Shown here: one piece after another, positions 1 through 11,846 of the stretch
Numbering within the stretch: position 1 is the stretch's first letter
Layout: each line of letters opens with the position of its first letter
Origin: Microbotryum violaceum
Taxonomy: Eukaryota
Length of the DNA stretch: 64,000 bases
Reading direction: 5' to 3'
Assembly: GCA_001244265.2 (NCBI GenBank)
Contig: LN717261.1
Location: 3,301,591 to 3,365,590, forward strand
Notes under the pieces: generated by a model
Told to the model about the DNA's origin: nothing
What the model saw: the letters and a program-made list of their open reading frames with translations, nothing else
The model's database searches: none
Translations under genes and position numbers: made by a program

Positions 1-379
1 AAAAGACTGACCTGTTCGTTGAGGGTTGTCCTGACATCATCGATGGCCTTGGCCAAGATGGTGGGGAGACGATGGCTCATCGTGGCCTGGAGGAAGCAGA
101 ATAGGGAATTGAGGATCCTCTTCAAGCTCTTGTTCTTGGCCTGAACGGGGCAAGTACTCACGTGAGCGAACGAGTACTCGTGGTACCCTCGGTAGGCGGG
201 CCATGGCGGGTGGTCAAGCGAGATATTGGAAGGCGTTCGGGGGTGCTATGAACGCGAAAAGAGTGGTCAGTACGTTGCGCAAATCGGCAGCGACGAGTGA
301 GACGCGATGGAGAGGATGAAGCGAGCACGTGTGCGCGGAACGGAGCTCGGCCTCGAAAAATTCGACTGAATTGCTTCAT
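1..379 (-). CDS. 5' part of DUF89/ARMT1-like damage-control phosphatase (runs off the window start; start codon uncertain)
   Basis: Spliced reading gives DHPPWPAYRGYHEYSFAH|gtgagt..cag|ATMSHRLPTILAKAIDDVRTTLNEQ|gtcagt. This resembles the SFA-x(4)-R-x-P-x-I-L N-terminus of the Ymr027w/ARMT1 family. The start is either ATG 379 via a weak-donor intron (246-328) or a near-cognate codon near 224. Confidence 0.7.
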
Positions 380-1562
380 AATATCCCAACTCTGTGCATT
401 TCGGGTCTTTATCTGCCGCAAGAGTTGATTTGCTCCAGTTACACGCGCTTCACAAGCGGGCACTGTGGAAACCGGCGACGATAGATCCCGGGCACAGGCT
501 CGGATGCAGATGCGATGGGGCGCGATGACGTCGTCGTTTCACAGGCGCGGGTCCGCGTGGGTGCCGGGCAAAGCGATCGAGCGACGATTGAGCGAAGTCT
601 CCATCGCGGAGCAAACGATCACGATCCTACGACCCCACAGTGCAGGTACGATAAGAGGCATGACTGGCGGATTGGATGTGGAAACCGGCTCCAGAACTTT
701 TGGGAGATGATTCGACCCTTTCATAGTCCTGCGGCGTAAAAGACAAGCTCGCCAACGTGCGATCTCGATCTCGATTCGAGGGGCACATGCGCCAAGCACA
801 AACACACCCCGCACCATCAACACATACAGACGTTCAGCTTTCGGAGGGCTCACCAAAGGTTTGCCGAAACCAGTCTCGTTCCTAGGTGGCAACGACTGCA
901 AGACGAGGCCGACCTTTTTGGGAACGTTCGCTCCGGCCGAGTGGCCCGATCCTGGGTTCCCGGAAGGCACTTGGAGGGACATCTTTGTTGCTGCTATGCT
1001 CGAGCCGAGTTGTTTTGTCAGGTGAGGTGTCCTTGGACTGGAAGATTGAAGGGAAGGGAGAGCGAGAGAGCCGATGCGTGAAGTTCGGGAGGGAGAGTTC
1101 GGGAGGGAGAGAGTTCGGCATGTCGTCTGAGCGACTGGTGCGGACGACGCTGGCGGGCAAGCGCGGGCAAGGACCTCTTGATGGGCGGGCAGCATCGGGC
1201 AGCAGAGCCAGCAGAGCAAGCCGAGCTCAAGCGTGCGCGCCAGCGTGGCCCACCCCTTCTCATCATCACGATCGCCCGGACTGTTTTCTCGTCCTCTGCA
1301 CGCACCAGAATGTGCTAACCAGCGCGCTTGTACCGGCTCGACTAGTCGAAATGCCCGCCCGCTCATCTACATCTACATAAAAGAATGCATTAATCATAGC
1401 ATTTCACAAACCTCACAGGCAAAGTAGTTGTCAACCCGACGCCGCTCCGATCGATCGAGGTCGGTCTCAGTCGACGACACCCCTCTGCGTTCAAATGCCC
1501 CTACCGCCCACGGACGATGCAGGGTCCGCTCCCAAACGCGGATTAAAAGACCTCTCAGACAT

Positions 1563-1597
1563 GATGTGAGACATTACACAGGATGTGAGACATTACA
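1563..1597. repeat. 16-bp perfect direct repeat GATGTGAGACATTACA x2
   Basis: Copies at 1563-1578 and 1582-1597, intergenic. Confidence 0.9.
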
Positions 1598-2257
1598 ATT
1601 CCCAACTTGTATACAACTCCCTCCAGTCGTAAGACCTGACGGTGAAAATTAAACCTACTATCGTCCGGGACGGACCGGGTTCTGGAAATTCCGAGATGGG
1701 TAGGTTTCAAGTGGAAAAAATAAATGGGAGTGCTTCGGGGTTATGACATGTGAAACATTGGCCAGCCGACGACTGCCGACGAGAGCCGACGGAACCTCAA
1801 CGCTCCAGCTCCACGGGCGCGGCGCTAATAACCGGCGCCGGCGATCGTGATCGCCTTCAAACGATCGGGCATCGAGCCATTGTTCGAGCTGGGCGCCGTG
1901 CAGTGCACCCACCATTGAAGGCAACTGCTGGATGTTCTCGGAGCTTTTATCTCGTGTGATCGGTAGTGTGGTGCGATGTTTCGGAGAAGGAATGCAAGGT
2001 TTCACATGAAAACGGATGAAGGGAAAACGTCTAGTACATCCCATGAAAGATATGCAATAAGGAACTACACACCGTCTTCGGACGGGCCCAGAAGTGAGCA
2101 CAGCACAGCTTCACGATCGGAGGCGAGGAAGAAGTATCAGACTGGCACCCAAAGACAACAACAACAATGCGAATGCGACCGAGAAGAACAGACGACCATA
2201 AGAAGTGGACCAAAAAGAGACAGCGAGAGCGAGAAAGTAAAGGCGAAAGCTTTGAAT

Positions 2258-3708
2258 CTAAAGCCTGATCCGGCTAGGGATCAACATGGCGTTGCGCTTG
2301 TTGGTTGTTGCGTCGGAACTAGGACTAGACATCCAGCTCTGGACATCGAGCTTGCGTTGAAGGTGTTGCATCAGGTCGTTCCCGGTGGTCATGACCTGTG
2401 CTTTTTTTGGGATGACAAAGACGTGCCGTGTCGTGGGGGGAGAGTAGGTCGGCGACGAAGAAGATTTTTCGTGGCACGAGTAGTCCAACGAGGACGCTAT
2501 TGTCGATGCGGATCTGGCTGATGACCACGAGACGGGACGAGAAGCACCAACCGAGCTAGCGCTCAAGAAATCGGCCTCCTCATCCTCGTGCTCGGCTTGC
2601 GCCGAGTAGGATGACACCGAACTTGCGCTCAACGATGTGAGCTGGATCTTCCGAGTCTTGGCGACCAGTACCGATGGTGATGGTGAGATGGTCGATGAAG
2701 GAGCAGAAGACTGGGATCCTCCGTCACTATCCGAGTCCATCTCGCATTCAGAGGCATCGTCGCTGTCCGAATCCGAGTCCGAGTCCGAGGCTTCGGCGCG
2801 TTGGTGCAGAGGTCGGGATTGACGGCGGAGGAGACGCTCGGCCATGCCCGCCTCAATAGGACCAAGAAAGGGAGCAAAGGTCTCGATCAACTGTAGTAGA
2901 GGAGCATGAGGTAATTAGCTTGATCACCGAAAGAGTGGTGTTTTGGCGGATGTGGCCTACCTCGGACTCGCCGATGCGAAGATCAAAGTCGAGGAGGCAG
3001 AGGAGTTGGCGCTCTATGAGGTTGACCTCCTCAAGGCGGAAGTGGCCGGCGTAACGAACCCAGTTCTTATTGTACGGCGACGAGTCTGAACGAAGAAATG
3101 TGAAAAATAATTAAAAAGGGTCTACAACGAAGGTGTTGGGCAAGTGTGACTCACCATTGAGGTACTTCGCGGCGACGATGAGGGCGGCGACGAAAACTCG
3201 GTGTCTTGTTGACGGCGAGCCGCACGATCGAACGGGCAAGCGATCTTTTAGTCGATCGAGGTACACGAGCGTGCACAATAGTGTCGGGACATGACACCTC
3301 GACTTGCGGCAGATGTCGCGGATGAAGTTGTCGAGCTCGGGTAAGGGAGCGATGGAGGATTCGGCGGGGGAGTTTATGGGCTCGTCACGGCATCGGATCA
3401 CACTCATGGCTTTTTGGGCAACATGTTCTGTGTGGGTGAGAAGATGCTGCGATTAGTATCATGCATTCTCTATGTACTAGTGTGGGCTGCTTGCAAGGAA
3501 TGACAGCCACTCGGAGATTGGGGCCGCTGGCAGAAGTTGCCAAGCGACCGACTCGACCGGTGTCCGCCGGGGGGACACGTGGGCTGGGACCTTGGGAAGT
3601 GCCAAACTTACCGACGATGGTGTCGGTGAGGGAAGATTTCAACAACTTGAGCAAGGCAGGACTGTGTTCCTCCTTCGGTACAAGGGAAGCAGCGTGTCGA
3701 CCAGGCAT
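2258..3708 (-). CDS. Pho85-type (Pcl1/Pcl2-like) cyclin, 4 exons
   Basis: Cyclin box LPELDNFIRDICRKSRCHVPTLLCTLVYLDRLK...TRHRVFVAALIVAAKYLN|DSSPYNKNW...EVNLIERQLLCLLDFDLRI. Introns are canonical (first 3428-3611) and the tail is Ser/Asp-rich. Confidence 0.9.
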
Positions 3709-5986
3709 GATGGTTGCGAAGCTGTGTCGAGACGAAAGAGGATGGGACCGTGGACGCGATTTCAGAGATGAAGGCGCGGCGCGGGCTCAGACGAAGGTTG
3801 CAATGGGCCTGAGCGGGCGGGTGGTCAAGCGGAGGAATCGGCGAGCAGTGGCGCGAGGTCGGGGATTCTGTCGGCGATCGCGATCCAGCTAGGGGCTCGA
3901 GATGGGGTTCGTGAAGGGGTTCGCTGGAATGGAACTGCAAACGACTCCAACGACGGGTGATACGGAAGGGAAGGACGGTATCCAGGTGGTTGCTGAGCGT
4001 AGGTGTAGGTGAAAGAGAGGGACAGGATAGAAGGCACGAGGAGATGGATGGCCTTCGAGAAAGTTCCTGGCCTTTGACATGCATTATAGAGGGCCCGGAT
4101 GGACTCGCTGACGCCCGAGAGCAATCAAAAAGCGAAATTTTGGATTTACACTTGCTTTTTTGCAAATCCACAATTGGGACGGGCCTCGAACCTTGACTCC
4201 TCAGGTTCCCAGCGGCTCTGATCGCTGTTCGCGGAAGCATTAGACGGCCCCGGCTCGAAACTGTCTCAGAAGCAGCCTCAGGCCAAACTCGGAAGGCGCG
4301 CGGGAGCAGACGCCCTGCCGCATTGAGCAAGCCGCACCTCAGCGCCTCAGGCCTCAGCGCTTACAGGCTGAGGCTGGAAGCGCGCCCAGTTTCGGCTTCA
4401 TCGCCAGCCCGTGGCCCATGGCGCGCATGGCGCAGACGCGGCGGCGCCTGCCGGCGCCTGCCCCCCCCATGGCTAAACGATCTACTTAACCTTTCCATGG
4501 AGACGAGCCCCGATGATTGACCATCATCAGCCGACCAGAGAGAGACCTAGGGCTAGTCGTACAAAATCCCACTAGTGGTCATAGCGGCCGGTTGAGCTGG
4601 CTAGCAGTTTGACTTCGGCTGGGTTAGAAAAACCCGAAAGCCAATCGGGACCATAAGCTTTTCACAGTCTACGAGCCGAGCCCAATTTTTTGGGGGCGCT
4701 GAATGGGTTTTGTTCCACTTTGAAATTTCCTTCGTGTGCAAGATGACCAGTATTTCTGGACATGAACGAGAACGGCTCGACAATGCTCGGCGGCCGGCGG
4801 AACATTTGTTCGCCTGGGATGTCTTCTCTGTACACTGGGTCGAGCCTATAATGTCGGCATCACCGCCGTTCCAAGGACCCAGGTACATGTCTGTCTGCGG
4901 GGCCTCGCGGCTTCGATGCACCTGGGCGAATCAGGTACGGCCGATCCGGAACTTTGTCATCGGCGAATGCGATATTCTTCGTCCGAGGGCAGACAGGCGC
5001 AGCCGTGCGCCGTTTTCGGCCGCCGCCTCGATAGAATGAGTCGGGCCTTTCTTTCTTTCGGCGGGCTCGCATCCGTCCCTTGATTTTTTGTTCGCCCATG
5101 TCAGTTCCTTACCGCTAACGACTAAGTTCATGCTTCATAATGGCGGATATTGTTGACGAAAATGAATTTGATAGGCAATGACTCGGAAAAGCGAAATTCG
5201 CATGGCCCGCGGCTATTGAAGAGGGATCAACTTTAAACAAGGTTGGCTGGACATAAAGCGCCCCGAGTTCATAGCCTAGATGTACGTGGCAAAGAGCTGT
5301 TGCACTATTACTTATATTTGTGTGCATTCCCCTAGGATAGTTACGACTGAAACTTCCACGGCCGACTCAGCCGCTCCCACCCCTCACTCGAACCAGAGAG
5401 GGTAATCGGAAAAGGGGCTCTTGGAACTCGGGGCGAGAAAAGAGCACGTGCCATCCACACAAGCGCCTCTGCGCGTCTGCACCCGCACCTGAGTCGCCCA
5501 ATTCTTCGAGCCTCCCCGAAGAGCCATGAGGTTGCTCGTCTGAGAGCTTGAGAGCACATGGTACCGTGCATCACCTGTAGATCCCACGGACACTGAAAAT
5601 CGACAAGAAATCTCCGAGTGAGGGTGTTGATGCATATACAACGTGAAGCTGCATGGAGAGGGGCGCAGGTTCTGTCGAGGTCGGACTGGCGCACGTGCGC
5701 TCGGAAGCGAATCACTGGGCGTGCCGATGCGAACGAAGAATCTCAAAGTGGCTTTTGAAAGACAATACTGTCGTTGGCGGGTGGGTCCGTGCGCGTGGGC
5801 CATTGCTGACAAAGGGTGTGTGAAAGCGATAGTCGCGCCAACCTTTCTTTCCGAGCGGTGCCAGTTCGCGGCGTCTGTTCGGCTTCGGCAAGCTGACGGC
5901 GGTGAAGGCGCGACACGTGAAGCACGCAACCTCAATCGTAGGAGAACGCCTATCTGGCCGACGACGACGACGAGGACTAGGGCAGT

Positions 5987-8418
5987 ATGCCTTTCGGTGT
6001 AGCGCACCCACTGCTGCGTTACATTGCCCAGTTCGCGACCACGTCCTTCTACTCGCGCATCGAGGTGATCAACGGCGACCAGGTGCCCGAACATGGGCCG
6101 GTGATCGTTCTCAGCAACCACCACAACAGTGCCGTCGATGTGAGTCGGTCAATCTGGATGCGAAGAGGCGCTGGATGTGATTGGCTTCTGAGGGCGGACC
6201 CAAGTAGAGCCCGCGATGGTGTAGTGTCCCCAATGCACCCCGGCGTCGCGCTGGCCTGCTAGTTGGTCGAGGTGGGGGTCACCGCGCAGCCCGCGTCCGG
6301 AGTACACCGAACATGGCTCAAGCACATTCCAGGATCGCATGGGCATACCCTACATAGTACCTTCAATCCACCAAGCCATGTCCGGTGTATGCTTCTGATC
6401 GGGATCTTCGGACCTCGCGGTGGAACCGGGTATGACGCGATCCGACCGAGACGACGACAACATCTCCGCGGTGCCACGTGCATCGACCCCGCCTCGACAC
6501 ATACTCGCGTGTGCACGTTCATCCTTGATCTCACTGCTATCTCACACTTTATCTCACTTTTGTACTCACAGCCTTCAGTTCTGAGCATCAAATTCGTAAG
6601 CCGAGCATGCGGCCAGATCCCGAGCCGAGCGATGCTGAATTTGTTCTTTTGATTTATATAACATTCTGCAGCCCCATGGTCGTATGCTACACTATTGGGC
6701 CAAGTCTACCTTGTTCAACAACAAGATTGCAGGATCGATCCTCCGATCAGCTGGCAACTTGTCCGTAGACCGCAAGACGAGGGTCAGTTCATTCGTTCTC
6801 GAAGCCCCACCTCGCTTCGTATCACATTCGCTGATTCTGATCGCCCGCCAGGACAACTCGTTGCTCTTTGCGTCGACCTTCGACGTGCTCAAACAAGGCG
6901 AATGCGTCGCCCTCTTCCCGGAAGGCACAAGTGCGACCCTCCCAGGTCTCTTGCCTCAACTCAAAGACGGCGCCAGTTGGGCCGCACTCGAATACCACAA
7001 GAACGTTCGCGAAAAGGGTCGCTTGCTCAGCAACGGCATCGATAGCGTCGATGAAGATCCTCAAGAGCTGACGATCTGCCTCGCCGGCATCAGCTACACC
7101 GACAAGAGCAAGTACCGGTCCGCGGTCGTGATGGAATTCGGACCGAGTTTCAACGTCGGACCTTTCCTTGACGAGTTCGAAGTGGACCCCAAAGCTGCGG
7201 TCAAGCGGATGACGAAGCATATTGCAGAAGCGTTGACCAAGTTGACAGTCAATGCACCTGATTGGGACTCGCTCAACGCCGCGACGATGGCGCGCAAGAT
7301 GCTCTGGGTTGACGAGCGCTCGATCCCGCTTCGCCATCTCGTGCAGATTGGCCAAACGCTCGTTGACCTCTTTGCGACTCGAACACCTTCACCCGAACTA
7401 CGTCAGTTGACGAACCTCTTGCTGGCCTACCACAAAGCATTAAAGGATACGAGCTTTACGCATTACTCGCTCTCGGGTGTGCCCTTGCCGGACAAGCTCG
7501 ACCCCAACAACAAGCATGACTTGCCGACGCGCATGAGGGTCCTGGGGCATCTCTTGTTATCGACGGGCAAAGCGATGCTGCGGCTACCGTTCTTTGCTGC
7601 ACCTTTGATCGTGCACATGCCGATCTACTTGATGGGCAAGTACTCGTTGAGGTTCAGCGATTTACAGGAGGATCATGCACAAAACAAGGTGGGTTGTCGA
7701 ATCGGAGAGATGTCACGAAGATGCGACGAGCTGACCGTGAGCCGGTTTCGACGAAACTGCCCGCAGATCGCCGTTTGCCTGATTTTGTCCATGGCGACCT
7801 ACGTGACCTTGTTCTTCCTCGCGTGGGCATTCTTGTTCATCGCTCCGTTTGGATTCATCCTCGCTGCGATCTTTGTATGGCTTTTCGCGGTCTACCACAA
7901 TAGTCTTGTCGATGACAATTGTGAGTCGGCACCTCCAAAACCTCTTTTTTTTTTTTTTTTTCTCGCTCTCAAAAAGACTTAAGTCAAATGGGCTTCGTCA
8001 CACAGATCTCGGAGCCAAGAAAGTCGTCGCTTCTTGGCGCGTACTCGTCGGTATCTGGTCCGCGCATGCCAAACACGAAACCTTGCACCAAATCCATTCC
8101 CTCCAACGTCGATTTCCTTCTACTTCCATCTCCAACGGATTTTCTTCAGAGACAACCTCAACGACTCAACAGCGGACTTCGACGGAAGTCATGTCCATGC
8201 CTTTGTTGCATGAGGATAACGTCTCGGATGAATCGAATCCCATTCGAAGGGTGTTGAGTTTAAGAGTCGAAGCCTCGGCTGCGTTGGGGGAGTTTTTATT
8301 GGGTGATGAGGAGGGTAAAAGGGTTGCTAGGAGGTTGGAGGAATGGGGGGCTAAGGTTAGGAAGGTGAGGAAGGAAGTCTCCGCGGGTCAGGGCGCGGGA
8401 AGTGTAAGGTTGGAGTAG
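5987..8418 (+). CDS. Glycerol-3-phosphate/DHAP O-acyltransferase (Sct1/Gpt2-like)
   Basis: Exons 5987-6139, 6572-6595, 6672-6782, 6852-7688, 7767-7920 and 8006-8418. Motif I NHHNSAVD (HxxxxD), motif III LFPEGTS, LKDGASWAALEY and C-terminal TM helices are present. Confidence 0.92.
6266..6498 (+). other. Nested stem-loop inside acyltransferase intron 1 (6140-6571)
   Basis: Complementary pairs: 6266-6280/6485-6498, 6280-6286/6467-6473, 6292-6297/6434-6439 and 6303-6318/6374-6389 (15 of 16 bp). A cTTCGg loop lies at 6406-6411. Confidence 0.7.
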
Positions 8419-8736
8419 AGGTAGGATTGGGAGTGTATCTTTTTTTGGGGGGGCCGGGGCGTCTTCTTTTATGCTTTATATTTGTATTCTTTGTTTAAGT
8501 TTGGGGTTGATGATGAATTGCATAAGCATGTATGTCGTTTCCTGCTTGTATTCGAGAGATCTAGCCGTAAAAACAGGTAAGGAGCAAGCTCTTCATATAC
8601 GAAACGGCAAAATTTGCAGAGATTACAAATCAGCGATCATCGAGATGTATGCGAAAGGATCGATGTAATTAAGAGAGTTTATGTCTATGTTATCTGAACA
8701 CGCCGGAAAGCATTGCCTCTCGCTTTTGTCCACTGC

Positions 8737-10614
8737 TCATGTTGTGGATGTCGATGGTCGAATCGCCTGTGGGTACTTGAACACCTCCGTCGGGTCATAC
8801 TTCGCACGTAGAGTAGAAAGACGTTCGTATTGCGAGCCCCAGTAGAGTGTTTTCACTTGATCGGGAGTTAGGGAGGGATCGACTGGAACAGGGGAGGGGA
8901 GTGGTGGGGGTTGATTAGGAGTACGAAAAGGGGTTTGCAGAGGTAGTTAAGAGCGACTCGACGACTTACCATAGTTGACGTAAGCCCCATAGGAGGTGCC
9001 CCAGATTTCCTTCATTGGATTCAATAGGGCGTCGTACATGCTGGAATATGAGAGAAAGACCGAGAGTCAGACAATCGAACCATGCAGTGGGAATCAGCGG
9101 GTACTCGAACCCTCGACTGACCCAGAAACGAAGTCGAACCCATCCTCAGGATACGGATTCCCATACGTCTTTGACGAAGCGTACATTTGGAACGATAACA
9201 ACGACGAACGATGTGCGAACGAAGATTGATTAAGAGGGACAGCATTGATTGCTGATCCTGCACCACCGTAGAGACCGATTTCGACGAACCAGTTCGTCGT
9301 TGTGGCGGTTTTTTGGAGGTAAGTGAAGAAGGCGAGAGCGGCGTCGGTGGTGATGAGTTGATTCGGAGAGTCGGGGGTCATGAGTGATTTGGCGTAGAAA
9401 CAGTCTCGCTAGAGGAAAAGCATACGTCGATTTGATAATTAGACCAGCGCTCGAATCCAAACTCCACGGGGCCAGAGTCACGAAGACTTACGAAGCCGGT
9501 CTTCCCCTTCGTCGACAAAGGCTGCGAATGCGATAGAGCTTGTAACGACTCGATCCACGACATGGCTTGATCCACCTCGGTTGAGAAACCTTCCGGTAAC
9601 TTGTCCTCAAACGGCGCCATAAGCTTCTTGCAAGCGTCTCCTGTACCATAGTAGATGCCTGTAATCTCAAATGACCCTCCACCTCCGATGACGGCGGTCA
9701 GACCCAGGTTGGGCGGTGATGACTCCTGTCCCCATGCTTGGAATGCTAGGAAAGCCCGTGTCATCATATCGGGTGAAGCATTGGAGTAAGAGTACTTGAC
9801 TCGAACGACGTTGTTGGGTTTCTCATGGGCTCGGAAGTGATAAGCTGTTTGGATTCCGAAATTCGGAGCGGCACCGCACAATGCCCAAAAGAGATCGGGA
9901 TCCTGTTCTCTCGTCAGACCTTGAAGATATGTCCCATCCGCCATGACGACGTCCAAAGCGATGATATGATCAAGAGTAAGTCCCCAAGCTCTTGAAGCAT
10001 ATCCGAACCCACCAAACGCGGCATGTCCCCCCACGCCAACGAACGGACAAACACCATGAGCGATTGCTAAACCCCATTCATCCAATTGAAGTGCCATATC
10101 ACCAAGTCGAACACCACCACCTACGACGACGGTCCGGTTATCGTCTTTCAATTGAATGTTGGAAAAGTGACTGAGATCGATGACGAGGCCTTGGGCGTTG
10201 CCATTGCCGACGCCGTAGGCGGCATAGGAGTGCCCTCCCCCGCGAGCGGTCACGGGTATGTTGTACTGCCGAGCGAAAGTGACTGCCGAGGAGATGGCCT
10301 GTGCGTTTGTTGGGGTCACGATGGCCATGGCGGAGGTGTAGAGACGTTGATTGAATGCTCCTGTGAAGACGAGAAGAACATGGGTATCAGCCGATGTTTA
10401 CACGTCCTACAACAGCTTCACAAGAGGGGCCCCCGGTGCATCCCCCCAACTCCGTGACCTCGTCTAACTGACCGGTCAAACTGTCAAACTGCTCTTTGTC
10501 TTGCGATGAGCTGACGAGATTCGTCTTTGGGTTCGATGCGAGATACGCCAAAAAGTCGTCCCCATCATTGTGACCTTCGACCGGGGTCGCTGAGATGGGT
10601 ATAACAGTGGCCAT
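8737..10614 (-). CDS. Berberine-bridge-enzyme-like FAD-linked oxidase (AA7/glucooligosaccharide oxidase-like), no obvious signal peptide
   Basis: RGGGHSY and HGVCPFVGVGGH give the His and Cys for bicovalent FAD. DPDLFWALCGA and the BBE C-terminal YGAYVNY...LYWGSQYERLSTLRAKYDP are also present. Multiple introns. Confidence 0.9.
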
Positions 10615-11846
10615 GCACTTCGCCGGCCGTCCGGTTCGAGGCGAGAAACGAAGCGAGAGGGCATGGCTTCTTTCTTTAGGTGCCGGTCGGTGGAATTTTA
10701 GCCGAGGAAGCCGACTGGCCGGGCGAGAATTACCAATTGAAGGCAAAGGGCGAGGTCGAGGCGAGCTTGTGTACGATGTAGAGTTTGATACGCTAAAAAT
10801 GGAGACAGGTGGATCAACAAGGAGCTCACGGGAGGGGTCCACTATTCAGAGATTAATGTGCCATCAAAGGGGAAAGTTCGGGAGCCTGGTCGAGGGCAAC
10901 GGTCGCCGAAGCTTCAAGAATTGAGAGATAGCTTCAGCCCCTGACCGAGGGAAGAGGAAGATTCGAATGGGCAATGTCAGAGGAGCAAATCATAGTTACC
11001 TCCACCTGGGTGCTTGCTTTTACAGACTGGCTGCAGCTAATCCTGCATGCGCGTGCGCCGGCGGACCTGAAAGCTCGCTCACTTCTAGACCGCGCCAACG
11101 TCGTCGGAATGCGAAAGGCTCAACTCAATTTCGAGGCGGCCGTGCGCCAGTCCACAACCGCCGGCCGGGACGGTTCATTCAAGTGTGCATGATGTGTGCC
11201 TCGCTGAGGGGTCGGGCGAAGGATGATTAGATCTTGGAATGGCACAGTCATCAACAAAACACTATGAGCTCATGTCACTTATCGCGAACCGGTGTCCACG
11301 AGCCGATTGGAAATATTTGGAACGTTTCAAATTGGAGCAAAGTCGCCGAGCGTCGTGACACGACCGAGCATGACTGTGGGCTCCTTCGGTCCACACGCTC
11401 GACTCGACTTGCCGAGCCTCACAACTCGGCACCAACTCTGATCGTACCGCGTCGTCCGAATAAGGCAGCAGTGCGACGGGACTTGGGTCATCAAAGGCAA
11501 GTAGGAGAGCTTGGCTGTCTACTCTCGCACGCACAACATTCGAGGTCCATCCCGGACGCTGGCCGACGCGCGGTGGTGGACGTGAGTGAGCGTGAGTGAG
11601 CGTGAGCGCGTCCGTCGTTTCCACGCCGAGCAGCGCCGAGCGCCGACACATCGTCATCGGCCTTCTGCGACCGCTAAACGGGTTGCTCTCTCTCGCTCGT
11701 CCTCGCCCGTGCCCGTGTCCAATTCCGACATCGACCACCACATCTCTAGTTTGTTGCGCATCTTCTCATCCAAGTCGATTTTGGGAGTACGGGGACTTCC
11801 GGGGAGGACTGGGCGTTAGGGTGAGAGGCCGCACACGTTCACCACT

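Noticed and set aside
539-1380. Overlapping long ORFs on both strands
   Set aside because: No recognisable domain or consistent splice pattern, so I cannot choose a frame.
205-3831. Shared 16-mer GGCGGGTGGTCAAGCG near the starts of the DUF89 and cyclin genes
   Set aside because: One copy is probably coding and the other leader; there are only two occurrences in GC-rich DNA and no flanking similarity.
6140-6571. TPP riboswitch in the long intron
   Set aside because: The conserved CUGAGA and downstream TPP aptamer motifs are absent, and the gene is unrelated to thiamine.
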